Positions 18,819 to 27,988 of a DNA stretch of 43,095 nt are shown here, piece by piece (position 1 is the first letter of the stretch; every line of letters starts with the position of its first letter). The notes under the pieces were generated by a model. It worked only from the letters and a program-made list of their open reading frames with translations, was not told the DNA's origin and ran no database searches. Location of the stretch: the sequence record SRR20825006_1774. One strand, written 5' to 3'. Position numbers and translations under genes: made by a program.

Positions 18819-20294
18819 CTACTCTACGGTTTTGGATATGGAGAGAGACGCATAGACTTTGTCCAAAATTTCGGGTTTGTCCGTAAGCACTACCAACGTA
18901 TCATTTGCTTCAATTATGGTGGATCCATTTGGTGTAAGGTAATTGCCATTACGCTTGATCATTGCAATAATGGCTTTCTTAGGAAAGTTCAAGTTCACGA
19001 TTTTTTCTCCTGTGGCAGGACATGACCCACTGATTATTATCTCTTTCATAATTGCTTTAGGATGTTCCGACAGCAATTCATCCGTAGGAGAAAGTGGTTT
19101 GACACTCTCAGGCAGGCCCACATGCAACCATTTGGCGACTATGGACAAGGTGCTTCCCTGAATCAATACGGAGGTTATCGAAACAAAGAATACAATGTTA
19201 AAGATAATATTGGCCTTATCTATGCCCGCCAACAAGGGATATGTAGCAAATACAATAGGTACCGCCCCCCTTAATCCTACCCAAGAAATATAGAATCTCC
19301 GTCTCAATTTCATTCTAAATGGCAAAAGGGAAAACATTACCGCCAAGGGACGGGCCACAAAAATCAAGAATAGGGAGATTAATAGCCCTATTCCAATAAA
19401 TGGAACAATCTGGGTCGGGAAAACCAAAAGCCCCAGTGTAAGGAACAACACTATTTGCATGAGCCAGGCCAGGCCATCAAACATTCGCATGATGGTTTTC
19501 TTATGAATCAGGTTTTGGTTGCCCAGATATACGGAACAGATGTAAATGGCCAAAAACCCGTTCCCCCCTATAAAATTGGTAGCGGAAAATGTAATGAACA
19601 TCAGTGCGATGGTCAATACCGGATAGAGTCCTTCAAAGTCCAACTGTATCCTATTGATGATTATCTTACTCAATTTACCAAACAGGAAACCTGCCGCACC
19701 GCCCAATGTCATTTGTAGAAAAAACATGGGCAATACCGATAAAATATTCCTTTCAGGAAACTGGACCAAGGTCAAAAATGCAATGGTAAGCACATAGGCC
19801 ATGGGGTCGTTACTTCCACTTTCCAGTTCCAAGGTTGGCCTAAGATTTTTCTTGAGGGCCAAATTCTTGCCCCTGAGTATGGAAAAAACCGCAGCTGCAT
19901 CCGTGGATGATACAATGGCACCCAGTAACAGGCTCTCATATATACTAAAGTCGGTGATCAGGTACACAAAATACCCTAAACCTACCGCAGTTAGCAAAAC
20001 TCCAATGGTTGAAAGCATTATACCCTCCTTTAATACAGGCTTAACCGACTGCCAGTTGGTATCTAGTCCACCAGAGAAAAGAATAAAATTCAAGGAAACA
20101 ACACCAACGAACTGAGCAATCTTTGGATTGTCAAAATAAATACCTCCAATACCATCCGAGCCAGCCAACATACCAATGGTCAAGAACAACAACAATGTAG
20201 GAATACCAAAACGGTAGCTTGTTTTGCCCGCTAAAATACTGATCAAAAGGAGCACCGAACCTATTAAGATGATATTTTCAATAGTGATATTCAT
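18819..20294 (-). CDS. cvrA: K+/H+ antiporter NhaP2/CvrA with TrkA-C domain
   Basis: GMLAGSDG, SSTDAAAVFS, LELESGSNDPMA and WVGLRGAVPI. C-terminal LTPNGSTIIEAND. Confidence 0.88.
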   Translation of the reverse strand: MNITIENIILIGSVLLLISILAGKTSYRFGIPTLLLFLTIGMLAGSDGIGGIYFDNPKIAQFVGVVSLNFILFSGGLDTNWQSVKPVLKEGIMLSTIGVLLTAVGLGYFVYLITDFSIYESLLLGAIVSSTDAAAVFSILRGKNLALKKNLRPTLELESGSNDPMAYVLTIAFLTLVQFPERNILSVLPMFFLQMTLGGAAGFLFGKLSKIIINRIQLDFEGLYPVLTIALMFITFSATNFIGGNGFLAIYICSVYLGNQNLIHKKTIMRMFDGLAWLMQIVLFLTLGLLVFPTQIVPFIGIGLLISLFLIFVARPLAVMFSLLPFRMKLRRRFYISWVGLRGAVPIVFATYPLLAGIDKANIIFNIVFFVSITSVLIQGSTLSIVAKWLHVGLPESVKPLSPTDELLSEHPKAIMKEIIISGSCPATGEKIVNLNFPKKAIIAMIKRNGNYLTPNGSTIIEANDTLVVLTDKPEILDKVYASLSISKTVE

Positions 20295-20685
20295 TTAGGC
20301 AGGCTTTCTAGTTTGAGGTAATTGTTTTTAAAATATTCAAGGAATAGCTCCTTATAGTATGGATACGTTTTCAAAAAAGCGAAGTTAACTCAATTTGTGC
20401 GATATGTGAAGATGGAAAACACTACGATTACCATCAAAATGAGCATAAGAAATATTGATTTTGAACTAATTGAGCCTAATTTATCCGAACTTGAATTAAT
20501 CTGTTAAAACACAAAAAAGAACGTTTAACTGCATTTTTATGACCAAATCAGTGTTAAATACCTAAAAAATATTCGACAAAATGCACTTTTTAGTCGTTAA
20601 AAGTAAAAACCTATGAAAAATTGATAAGTATTCGCTGCCAATGTTTTTGATCTTTGTCATGTATTAACCCCCAAATCTATACATC

Positions 20686-21534
20686 ATGACACGTTCAACT
20701 TTTTACAGCCTTATTGTTTCAGTTACAATACTAGCCGGTCAATCTACTTTTGCCCAGGCAGACGAAAAAATGATCAACGAGACTATGGATGGCAGTGTTT
20801 CCACTGTTGATGGCTACGTACCATCCATGTCCATTACCAAAGATGGTAAAACAGCCTACTTTAGCAAGGGTACTTACGAAAAGCCACTTTACGGTGTGTT
20901 TTCTAAAAAAGAATTGATTTATCACGTTTATCGTGCCGAGAAAGTCAACGGTGAATGGACCAATGTTACTCAATTGGAGGTATGTCCTAAACATTATTCC
21001 GCTAAACACCCAACGGTAACCGCTGATGGATCTCGATTGTTCTTTGCATCCAATATGAAAGGAAGCTATGGAAAATATGACATCTACGTAGCCGATATCG
21101 CTACAGACGGAACTCCAGGTGTATCCAAAAACCTTGGCCCCAAAGTAAACACCAAAGAAGATGAGCTCTACCCTAGCATTTACAACGAAACCTTGTTGTT
21201 CTTTGCTTCTGAAGGGAGAGATGGTTACGGTGGATTGGACCTTTATGCCTCACAGGTGGTAAAGAACACGCTTACCACATCCGTGAACCTTGGTGCCCAC
21301 ATCAACAGCAACAGTGACGACTACGCCATTCAATTGAGCCCAGAGAAAAAGATGGGGTTTGTAGTGTCCAATAGAGGTTTCAACAATACCGTATCACAAT
21401 ATACTGTAGCCTATGGACGTTCAAGTAAGCGGGATCAGTACAACGATGTTGCTGATGGAGGTACAGGACTCCAAACTGTTATGAACGATAATACCATCGA
21501 TTACGTGGATACATCGTTCCAAGACGAAGAATAA
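20686..21534 (+). CDS. Secreted PD40 (WD40-like) repeat protein
   Basis: Signal peptide, HPTVTADGSRLFFASN..GKYDIY, NLGPKVNT..ELYP, LFFASEGRDGYGGLDLY and NLGAHINS..DD. Confidence 0.8.
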   Translation: MTRSTFYSLIVSVTILAGQSTFAQADEKMINETMDGSVSTVDGYVPSMSITKDGKTAYFSKGTYEKPLYGVFSKKELIYHVYRAEKVNGEWTNVTQLEVCPKHYSAKHPTVTADGSRLFFASNMKGSYGKYDIYVADIATDGTPGVSKNLGPKVNTKEDELYPSIYNETLLFFASEGRDGYGGLDLYASQVVKNTLTTSVNLGAHINSNSDDYAIQLSPEKKMGFVVSNRGFNNTVSQYTVAYGRSSKRDQYNDVADGGTGLQTVMNDNTIDYVDTSFQDEE

Positions 21535-21558
21535 TAGAATACTGAAAAATACTTACTG

Positions 21559-21743
21559 AATCGGTCAATAAACCTGAAGTGTCTTGTGATGTTGTTTCAT
21601 AGCCGAATTTTGAAACACTCATGACCATGATAAGAAAGACAGGGGGAAACTGACAGACTATCATAGAAAGCGGGTTGTATTATTTCAATCTGACCGATTT
21701 ACACCAAGAATAGGATGCTGATGGGACGGCATCCTATTTTTTT
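21559..21743 (+). ncRNA. Putative structured sRNA / 3'-UTR-derived RNA (unassigned family)
   Basis: Nested helices 21559-67/21691-99, 21568-76/21671-80, 21593-99/21611-17 and 21627-32/21659-64, followed by a terminator. Contains a complement to the start region of the downstream regulator. Confidence 0.55.
21709..21743 (+). terminator. Intrinsic terminator
   Basis: AATAGGATGCTG atggga CGGCATCCTATT followed by a T-tract. Confidence 0.88.
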
Positions 21744-22232
21744 ATTTAAAATTCTGAAAAACAATTACTTAAACATATCTTCCAGCCCTCCAATCTTCTA
21801 CCTTCCTGAATTTAAAGATTTCATCAAAAGTGCATTTGAACGAAAACCACTACAAAAATTCCGCTCAATAGTTAAAAAATTCTAAATTCACTATTGAAAT
21901 AATACAATCCCAAATCTATTAAGTCATGAACAAAAACTACAACACTCGAAAAAAAGGCGTCCCAAAACCTCTTTTCACCTTACTTTTTTTGATGGGGTAA
22001 AAACCTCAACCAAACAGAAATTTTAGCGACCGATCCCTTTAGGGATTACACCCATTTTTGAAGTAAACTTAAATGGAACATCTATTGGTATAGTTTTTTC
22101 CAAAGGCTATACGGTTAGTTTCATTAGCGGTTTATCCCAACTTCAACAATGCGGAGAAGGACTCCCATGTCCAAAAACTTAACCTACAGAACAAATGATG
22201 TAACAGTATTAATCCCCCTAATCTTTCTTATC

Positions 22233-22877
22233 ATGGAAAAAAAACCATTAAAAATTGCCATCATCGATAATGATGGTGCTATCGGCGGCATTTACAATCA
22301 ATATTTTGAAGAAAACGAGCAGTATGAGCTTCACGGAGCCTATGGTTCCGTACATGAACTGCTGTCCAATTTTGGACGCTCCCATCCAGATATCATTATC
22401 TGCGAAGCATTACTGAACGGTATTTCGGGAATTGATGGCCTTGATTATTTTTACCGAAAAAACAAAGACCTTAAGGTATTGATGATGAGTAAAATGAACG
22501 ATTTCAAACTCATCAAAGAGGCTTTTAAAAAAGGAGCGAGTGGCTACCTCATCAAACCGATAACCAAGGATAGGTTGTTCAATGCTTTGGAGGCACTGGA
22601 CCAGCATGGAATTGCTTTGGAACTGGATGTAGCAAAAAAAATCATCGACTCGTTCCAGTCAAAATCTTTTGAGGCTTTTTCCAAAAAGGAGAACGAAATC
22701 ATAGAGCTCCTAACCCAAGGATTCACCTATAAAATGATTGCGGACAAGCTTTTTGTCACTCCCAGCGCGGTCAATTTTCACATTCAGAACATTTATGTAA
22801 AGCTGAACGTAAACTCAAAATCAGAAGCTTTGAGAAAACTCAAAGAAATGGAAATACAGCAGTTGAACGCGGCGTAA
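22233..22877 (+). CDS. Orphan NarL/LuxR-family response regulator with atypical receiver
   Basis: KIAIIDND, PDIIICEA (E at the phospho-Asp position), GASGYLIKP and LuxR HTH FSKKENEIIELLTQGFTYKMIADKLFVTPSAVNFHIQNIYVKLNV. Start taken as the ATG at 22233. Confidence 0.9.
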   Translation: MEKKPLKIAIIDNDGAIGGIYNQYFEENEQYELHGAYGSVHELLSNFGRSHPDIIICEALLNGISGIDGLDYFYRKNKDLKVLMMSKMNDFKLIKEAFKKGASGYLIKPITKDRLFNALEALDQHGIALELDVAKKIIDSFQSKSFEAFSKKENEIIELLTQGFTYKMIADKLFVTPSAVNFHIQNIYVKLNVNSKSEALRKLKEMEIQQLNAA

Positions 22878-22896
22878 ATTGAAAATTCCAATAAAC

Positions 22897-22927
22897 AAAA
22901 AACCCTGACCAAATGGTCAGGGTTTTT
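22897..22927. terminator. Bidirectional intrinsic terminator
   Basis: aaaaaaCCCTGACCA aa TGGTCAGGG ttttt between the convergent regulator and dnaK. Confidence 0.88.
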
Positions 22928-22945
22928 ACTTTAATAAGCTATGTT

Positions 22946-24868
22946 TTACTTCACTTCCTCAAAGTCAACATCCTCTACGTTATCACCTTCTGAGGCTCCG
23001 TTACCAGCAGCAGCATCACCACCTGCGGTGTCTCCTGCTGCTCCTGCTGCTCCGCCCTGTGCTTCAGCTTGCGCTTTGTACATTTCTTCGGAAGCAACTT
23101 TCCACGCTTCGTTGATTTTCTCCAAAGCAGGTGTAATGACTGCTAGGTCTTTACCTTCGTAAGCCTTCTTCAATTCCTCCAAAGCTTCCTCAATCGGCTT
23201 TTTCTTGTCATCGGACAATTTATCGCCAAACTCGCTCAATTGCTTTTCTGTTTGGAAAATCATTGCATCAGCCTCATTCAACTTATCTGCGGTTTCCTTC
23301 GCTTTTTTATCTGCATCGGCATTGGCTTCCGCTTCCGCTTTCATCTTTTGGATTTCTTCTTCGGTAAGACCGGAAGAAGCCTCGATTCGGATATCCTGTG
23401 ACTTGCCAGTGGCTTTGTCCGTAGCAGAAACCTTGATGATACCGTTAGCATCAATATCGAAGGTCACTTCAATTTGAGGTGTACCTCTTGGTGCTGGTGG
23501 AATACCATCCAAGTGGAACCTACCAATAGTTTTGTTATCCGCTGCCATAGGTCTTTCCCCTTGCAGTACGTGGATTTCAACCGAAGGCTGATTGTCCGCT
23601 GCGGTAGAGAACACCTGTGATTTCTTTGTTGGGATAGTTGTGTTCGCCTCAATCAATTTGGTGAATACGCTTCCCATGGTTTCGATACCCAAAGAAAGTG
23701 GGGTTACATCCAACAAGAGTACGTCTTTTACATCTCCTGTCAATACACCACCTTGGATAGCGGCACCAATGGCAACAACCTCATCTGGGTTTACACCTTT
23801 GGATGGCTTTTTACCGAAGAACTTCTCAACGGCTTCCTGTACCGCTGGGATACGGGTAGAACCACCTACCAAGATAATCTCATCAATATCGCTTTTGGAC
23901 AATCCTGCAGCCTTCAATGCTTTTTCGCATGGGTCGATTGTTCTTTTCACCAAATCGGCGATCAATTGCTCAAATTTGGAACGCGATAGTGTTCTTACCA
24001 AGTGCTTTGGTCCTGAAGACGTAGCTGTTACATAGGGTAAGTTGATTTCTGTCTGTGCAGAAGAAGACAACTCGATTTTCGCCTTTTCGGCAGCTTCCCT
24101 CAAACGTTGCAATGCCATTGGGTCTTCACGAAGGTCCATATCTTCATCTTTCTTGAACTCTTCGGCCAACCAATCAATGATTTTTTGGTCAACGTCGTCA
24201 CCACCCAAGTGGGTATCACCATCTGTGGCCAATACTTCAAAAACGCCATCTCCCAATTCCAAAATGGAAACATCGTGCGTACCACCACCAAAGTCAAAAA
24301 CTACAATTTTCTGTTCAGTGTCTTTTTTATCAAGTCCGTATGCCAAGGATGCGGCAGTTGGCTCGTTGATGATACGTTCCACGGTAAGACCTGCGATTTC
24401 ACCAGCTTCTTTGGTGGCCTGTCTTTGTGAATCGTTAAAATATGCGGGAACGGTGATGACCGCTCTGGTTACATCTTGCCCCAAGTAATCCTCTGCAGTT
24501 TTCTTCATTTTTTGAAGAATCATGGCAGACAATTCCTGTGGAGTATACAAACGACCATCCACATCTACACGTGGTGTATCGTTGTCACCTTTCACCACTT
24601 TATAAGGAACCCTAGTGGCCTCCTTGCTGGATTCTGAGTATTTGTTACCCATAAATCGCTTAATGGAATAAATTGTTTTGTGAGGATTGGTCACAGCCTG
24701 TCTTTTTGCAGGGTCTCCGACCTTGATCTCCCCACCATCAACAAATGCGATCATCGATGGAGTGGTTCGTTTACCTTCAGCATTTGGGATTACTACAGGC
24801 TCGTTACCTTCCATTACAGAGACGCAGGAGTTGGTTGTGCCTAAGTCTATACCTATAATCTTGCTCAT
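22946..24868 (-). CDS. dnaK: Chaperone DnaK (Hsp70)
   Basis: [34 protein letters not shown] and C-terminal DVDFEEVK. Confidence 0.99.
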   Translation of the reverse strand: MSKIIGIDLGTTNSCVSVMEGNEPVVIPNAEGKRTTPSMIAFVDGGEIKVGDPAKRQAVTNPHKTIYSIKRFMGNKYSESSKEATRVPYKVVKGDNDTPRVDVDGRLYTPQELSAMILQKMKKTAEDYLGQDVTRAVITVPAYFNDSQRQATKEAGEIAGLTVERIINEPTAASLAYGLDKKDTEQKIVVFDFGGGTHDVSILELGDGVFEVLATDGDTHLGGDDVDQKIIDWLAEEFKKDEDMDLREDPMALQRLREAAEKAKIELSSSAQTEINLPYVTATSSGPKHLVRTLSRSKFEQLIADLVKRTIDPCEKALKAAGLSKSDIDEIILVGGSTRIPAVQEAVEKFFGKKPSKGVNPDEVVAIGAAIQGGVLTGDVKDVLLLDVTPLSLGIETMGSVFTKLIEANTTIPTKKSQVFSTAADNQPSVEIHVLQGERPMAADNKTIGRFHLDGIPPAPRGTPQIEVTFDIDANGIIKVSATDKATGKSQDIRIEASSGLTEEEIQKMKAEAEANADADKKAKETADKLNEADAMIFQTEKQLSEFGDKLSDDKKKPIEEALEELKKAYEGKDLAVITPALEKINEAWKVASEEMYKAQAEAQGGAAGAAGDTAGGDAAAGNGASEGDNVEDVDFEEVK

Positions 24869-24922
24869 CGTATCTAAAAGTTATATCTGTTTAAAATTCA
24901 ATTTTGTTTCGCTCTTAAAATG

Positions 24923-24962
24923 TCAATGATTATGCCACGACATAGAATCTGACAAGGTGTCA
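24923..24962 (-). promoter_or_regulatory. Candidate sigma54-like promoter of dnaK with upstream TGACA-N3-TGTCA palindrome
   Basis: The minus strand reads TGACAcctTGTCA, then 12 nt, then TGGCATAATCATTGA, which has -24/-12 spacing. Confidence 0.5.
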
Positions 24963-25073
24963 TATTATTGTCAAAACACTTAAAAACGTTGACTCCGTTG
25001 AGGATGCCATAATCAATATTGAAAAAGCCGTCCGTATATTTAAATATTCGCATTTTTATCCCGTTTAGCTTCC

Positions 25074-25081
25074 TATATTTG
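25074..25081 (+). promoter_or_regulatory. Bacteroidota -7 promoter element for sdaA
   Basis: TATATTTG matches TAnnTTTG, 18 nt before the ATG. Confidence 0.6.
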
Positions 25082-25099
25082 AAACTATAAATTGAGTTT

Positions 25100-26524
25100 A
25101 TGGAGTGTATTAGTGTTTTTGATATGCTAAAGATTGGAGTGGGGCCTTCCAGCTCCCATACCCTTGGGCCATGGCGTGCCGCCGAACGTTGGATCGCAGA
25201 ACTTGAAGAGCAACATGTTTTTGATGAAGTACAATCCATTAAGATATATTTGTACGGGTCGCTTTCCCTCACTGGAAAAGGACATGCAACAGATATTGCC
25301 GTAGTAATGGGGTTGTTGGGAACAGACCCTGTGACAATCGATATTGACAGTATTTCAGGAAGTATTGACAAGATCAAGACCGAGAACAAACTCTATTTGG
25401 GCGGAAAAAGAGAGATTTCTTTTAGTTTCCTCAACGATGTAGTCTTCAAAAAAGAGTTTCTTCCCTTTCACGCAAACGCAATGCAATTTGAAGCCGAACT
25501 GGTTACTGGAGAAACCATTTCCGAAACATACTATTCTATTGGCGGAGGTTTTGTGGTAAAAGAAGAGCGTATCCATGCAAAGGAGAACAAAGAAACCTTT
25601 AAAACATTTCCTCATCCCGTTAAGACTGGGGATGAATTGCTACAACATTGCAATGCACAAGATAAATCCATCTCCACCATTGTGATGGAAAATGAGCTTT
25701 CGCTAAGGACTGAACCTGAAATAGACGAGGGCATTGCCCGAATCTGGAACACCATGTTGGAAAGCATGTACGTTGGATGTCACACCGAAGGTAAGCTCCC
25801 CGGTGGATTGAACGTAAAGCGACGTGCTTTTGAGATGCACCAAAAACTTAAAGAGGATATTCCCTACTCCAATCCGCAGGAGTGGCTGGAAAGTATTCGC
25901 GATACAGAAGTCAAATTCCGTCAGATCATTAAATGGGTAAGTTGTTTTGCTCTAAGCGTCAACGAGGTAAATGCCTCCTTGGGACGAGTGGTCACGGCCC
26001 CAACCAATGGAAGCGCAGGGGTAATCCCAGCCGTATTGATGTACTATATGGTCATTGAAAACCACGATGCCAATTTTGACGACGTGAAACAGTTTTTGTT
26101 GGTAGCCAGCGAAGTGGGAAGTATTTTTAAAAAAGGAGCTACCATCTCCGCAGCCATGGGTGGGTGCCAAGCTGAAATCGGTGTATCATCCGCCATGGCC
26201 GCAGCAGGATTAACAGAGTTGATGGGCGGCACTCCTGAACAAGTATTGATTGCCGCTGAAATTGCCATGGAGCATCACCTTGGGCTCACGTGCGACCCTA
26301 TTGGCGGTTTGGTACAAGTTCCCTGTATAGAACGTAACGCCATGGGAGCCATTAAAGCCATCAACGCCGCGGAATTGGCACTGGATACGGATCCAAACGA
26401 GGTAAAAGTACCTTTGGACAAAGTAGTAAATACTATGTGGGAAACGGCAAAAGATATGAGCTCCAAATACAAGGAAACCTCCGAAGGAGGACTTGCGGTA
26501 GGGGTATTCTTGAGTGATTGTTAA
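25100..26524 (+). CDS. sdaA: L-serine ammonia-lyase (Fe-S, single chain)
   Basis: [40 protein letters not shown] and [19 protein letters not shown]. Confidence 0.95.
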   Translation: MECISVFDMLKIGVGPSSSHTLGPWRAAERWIAELEEQHVFDEVQSIKIYLYGSLSLTGKGHATDIAVVMGLLGTDPVTIDIDSISGSIDKIKTENKLYLGGKREISFSFLNDVVFKKEFLPFHANAMQFEAELVTGETISETYYSIGGGFVVKEERIHAKENKETFKTFPHPVKTGDELLQHCNAQDKSISTIVMENELSLRTEPEIDEGIARIWNTMLESMYVGCHTEGKLPGGLNVKRRAFEMHQKLKEDIPYSNPQEWLESIRDTEVKFRQIIKWVSCFALSVNEVNASLGRVVTAPTNGSAGVIPAVLMYYMVIENHDANFDDVKQFLLVASEVGSIFKKGATISAAMGGCQAEIGVSSAMAAAGLTELMGGTPEQVLIAAEIAMEHHLGLTCDPIGGLVQVPCIERNAMGAIKAINAAELALDTDPNEVKVPLDKVVNTMWETAKDMSSKYKETSEGGLAVGVFLSDC

Positions 26525-27000
26525 TCCATACAACCTTCCTTGCCCCTAGTATCGATTAGATAAATAATCTTCCATTCACCGTCAAAATTAATAAGTTGAA
26601 AGGAATTAATGCCGCAATGGCTAAATTCCCCGTTCAGCCAAAATTCGTAACCCACCCAAGCGTTGGCCATGGTCCTATCTACCTGAATGGAAAAAGAAGT
26701 AAGCTTTTCCTCGAACTTCACAGTTTCTGGTATGCCCACAATGGATTTTAAAAATTTCGAGAATTCTTCGGTTTTGAAAAGTGTCTTGCCCTCTGGGTTT
26801 CTTCCCGTGGTCTGCAGCACAATTTCATCGGCCACCGTACTTTTAATAATCGTCGAATCTTGTTCATGGAAACCTTCAAAGAAAGTTTCTATAACTTGTA
26901 TTACATGGGCTTCAGCTTCTTCATTCGATGGATTCGGACCTTGTGCATATCCGAACGCACCCAAAGCAAATAATACTACACAACTGAACAGTTTTCTCAT
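26521..27000 (-). CDS. Secreted NTF2/SnoaL-like (DUF4440-type) protein
   Basis: Signal peptide from the ATG at 27000, FFEGFH and ANAWVGYEF..HCGINSFQL..WKIIYLIDT. Confidence 0.75.
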   Translation of the reverse strand: MRKLFSCVVLFALGAFGYAQGPNPSNEEAEAHVIQVIETFFEGFHEQDSTIIKSTVADEIVLQTTGRNPEGKTLFKTEEFSKFLKSIVGIPETVKFEEKLTSFSIQVDRTMANAWVGYEFWLNGEFSHCGINSFQLINFDGEWKIIYLIDTRGKEGCMD

Positions 27001-27070
27001 TTGATTAGTTTTTTGATCAATGCCTAAATTAAACAAATCTCCTTACTTTTAGCCATCAAATAGAATTACG

Positions 27071-27889
27071 ATGTCTACAGCTAAAAAAGAATACAAGAGA
27101 GTAACCGTAAAATCGTTGGTGGATATGAAAAAGACCGGTGAGAAAATCAGTATGCTCACCTCTTACGATTACTCCATGGCCAAAATCGTGGATGGTGCCA
27201 ATGTGGACGCTATTTTAGTGGGCGATTCCGCCAGTAATGTCATGGCCGGTCATGAAACCACATTGCCCATTACCCTAGACCAAATGATCTATCATGCAAG
27301 CTCTGTTGTAAGAGCGGCCAAAAGGGCGCTTGTTGTAGTGGATATTCCCTTTGGAAGCTATCAAGGAGACTCCAAAGAAGCTTTACGCTCCGCTATACGA
27401 ATCATGAAAGAAAGCGGTGCCCATGCTGTAAAGGTTGAAGGTGGCGAAGAAATCAAGATATCCATCAGCCGTATATTGGAAGCAGGCATCCCTGTGATGG
27501 GCCACCTAGGACTCACTCCACAATCTATCTATAAATTCGGCACCTATACCGTTCGTGCAAAAGAAGAAGAGGAAGCCGAAAAATTGAAGTCAGATGCCAA
27601 ATTATTGGAAGAATTGGGCTGTTTTGCCATAGTGTTGGAGAAAATTCCAGCCAAATTGGCAAAAGAGGTGGCGGAAAGCGTGTCTATTCCCATTATTGGA
27701 ATTGGCGCAGGCAACCATGTGGACGGTCAGGTTTTAGTGGTTCACGATATGTTGGGAATGACCCACGAGTTCCATCCTAGATTTTTAAGAAGGTACCTGA
27801 ACCTCTATGATGAAATGAGCGATGCGGTATCCCAATACGTGAACGATGTAAAAAGCCAGGATTTTCCAAATGATGAGGAATCTTACTAG
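27071..27889 (+). CDS. panB: 3-methyl-2-oxobutanoate hydroxymethyltransferase
   Basis: [29 protein letters not shown] and IGIGAG..DGQVLV. Confidence 0.97.
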   Translation: MSTAKKEYKRVTVKSLVDMKKTGEKISMLTSYDYSMAKIVDGANVDAILVGDSASNVMAGHETTLPITLDQMIYHASSVVRAAKRALVVVDIPFGSYQGDSKEALRSAIRIMKESGAHAVKVEGGEEIKISISRILEAGIPVMGHLGLTPQSIYKFGTYTVRAKEEEEAEKLKSDAKLLEELGCFAIVLEKIPAKLAKEVAESVSIPIIGIGAGNHVDGQVLVVHDMLGMTHEFHPRFLRRYLNLYDEMSDAVSQYVNDVKSQDFPNDEESY

Positions 27890-27894
27890 TACGG

Positions 27895-27942
27895 TTGGAT
27901 TATTAGATGGTTCGATTGTTCGATTATTCTGTTTTTAGATTT
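27895..27942 (+). repeat. Six degenerate 8-bp tandem repeats (TTnGATnn)
   Basis: ttggatta ttagatgg ttcgattg ttcgatta ttctgttt ttagattt. Confidence 0.8.
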
Positions 27943-27988
27943 TAATATGTATTTTTAAGTATCGGCCTCCTAACCAAAATCAATTGAA

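Noticed and set aside
21479-21664. 61-aa minus-strand ORF over the structured RNA (possible toxin peptide)
   Set aside because: Overlaps the PD40 3' end, has no recognisable family or promoter, and the region is better explained by plus-strand RNA structure.
22149-22232. 28-aa N-terminal extension of the response regulator
   Set aside because: The receiver domain begins right after ATG 22233 and the extension has no domain character; treated as 5' leader.
23205-25389. Multiple long antisense ORFs over dnaK and the sdaA start
   Set aside because: Typical antisense shadows of conserved genes, with no motifs.
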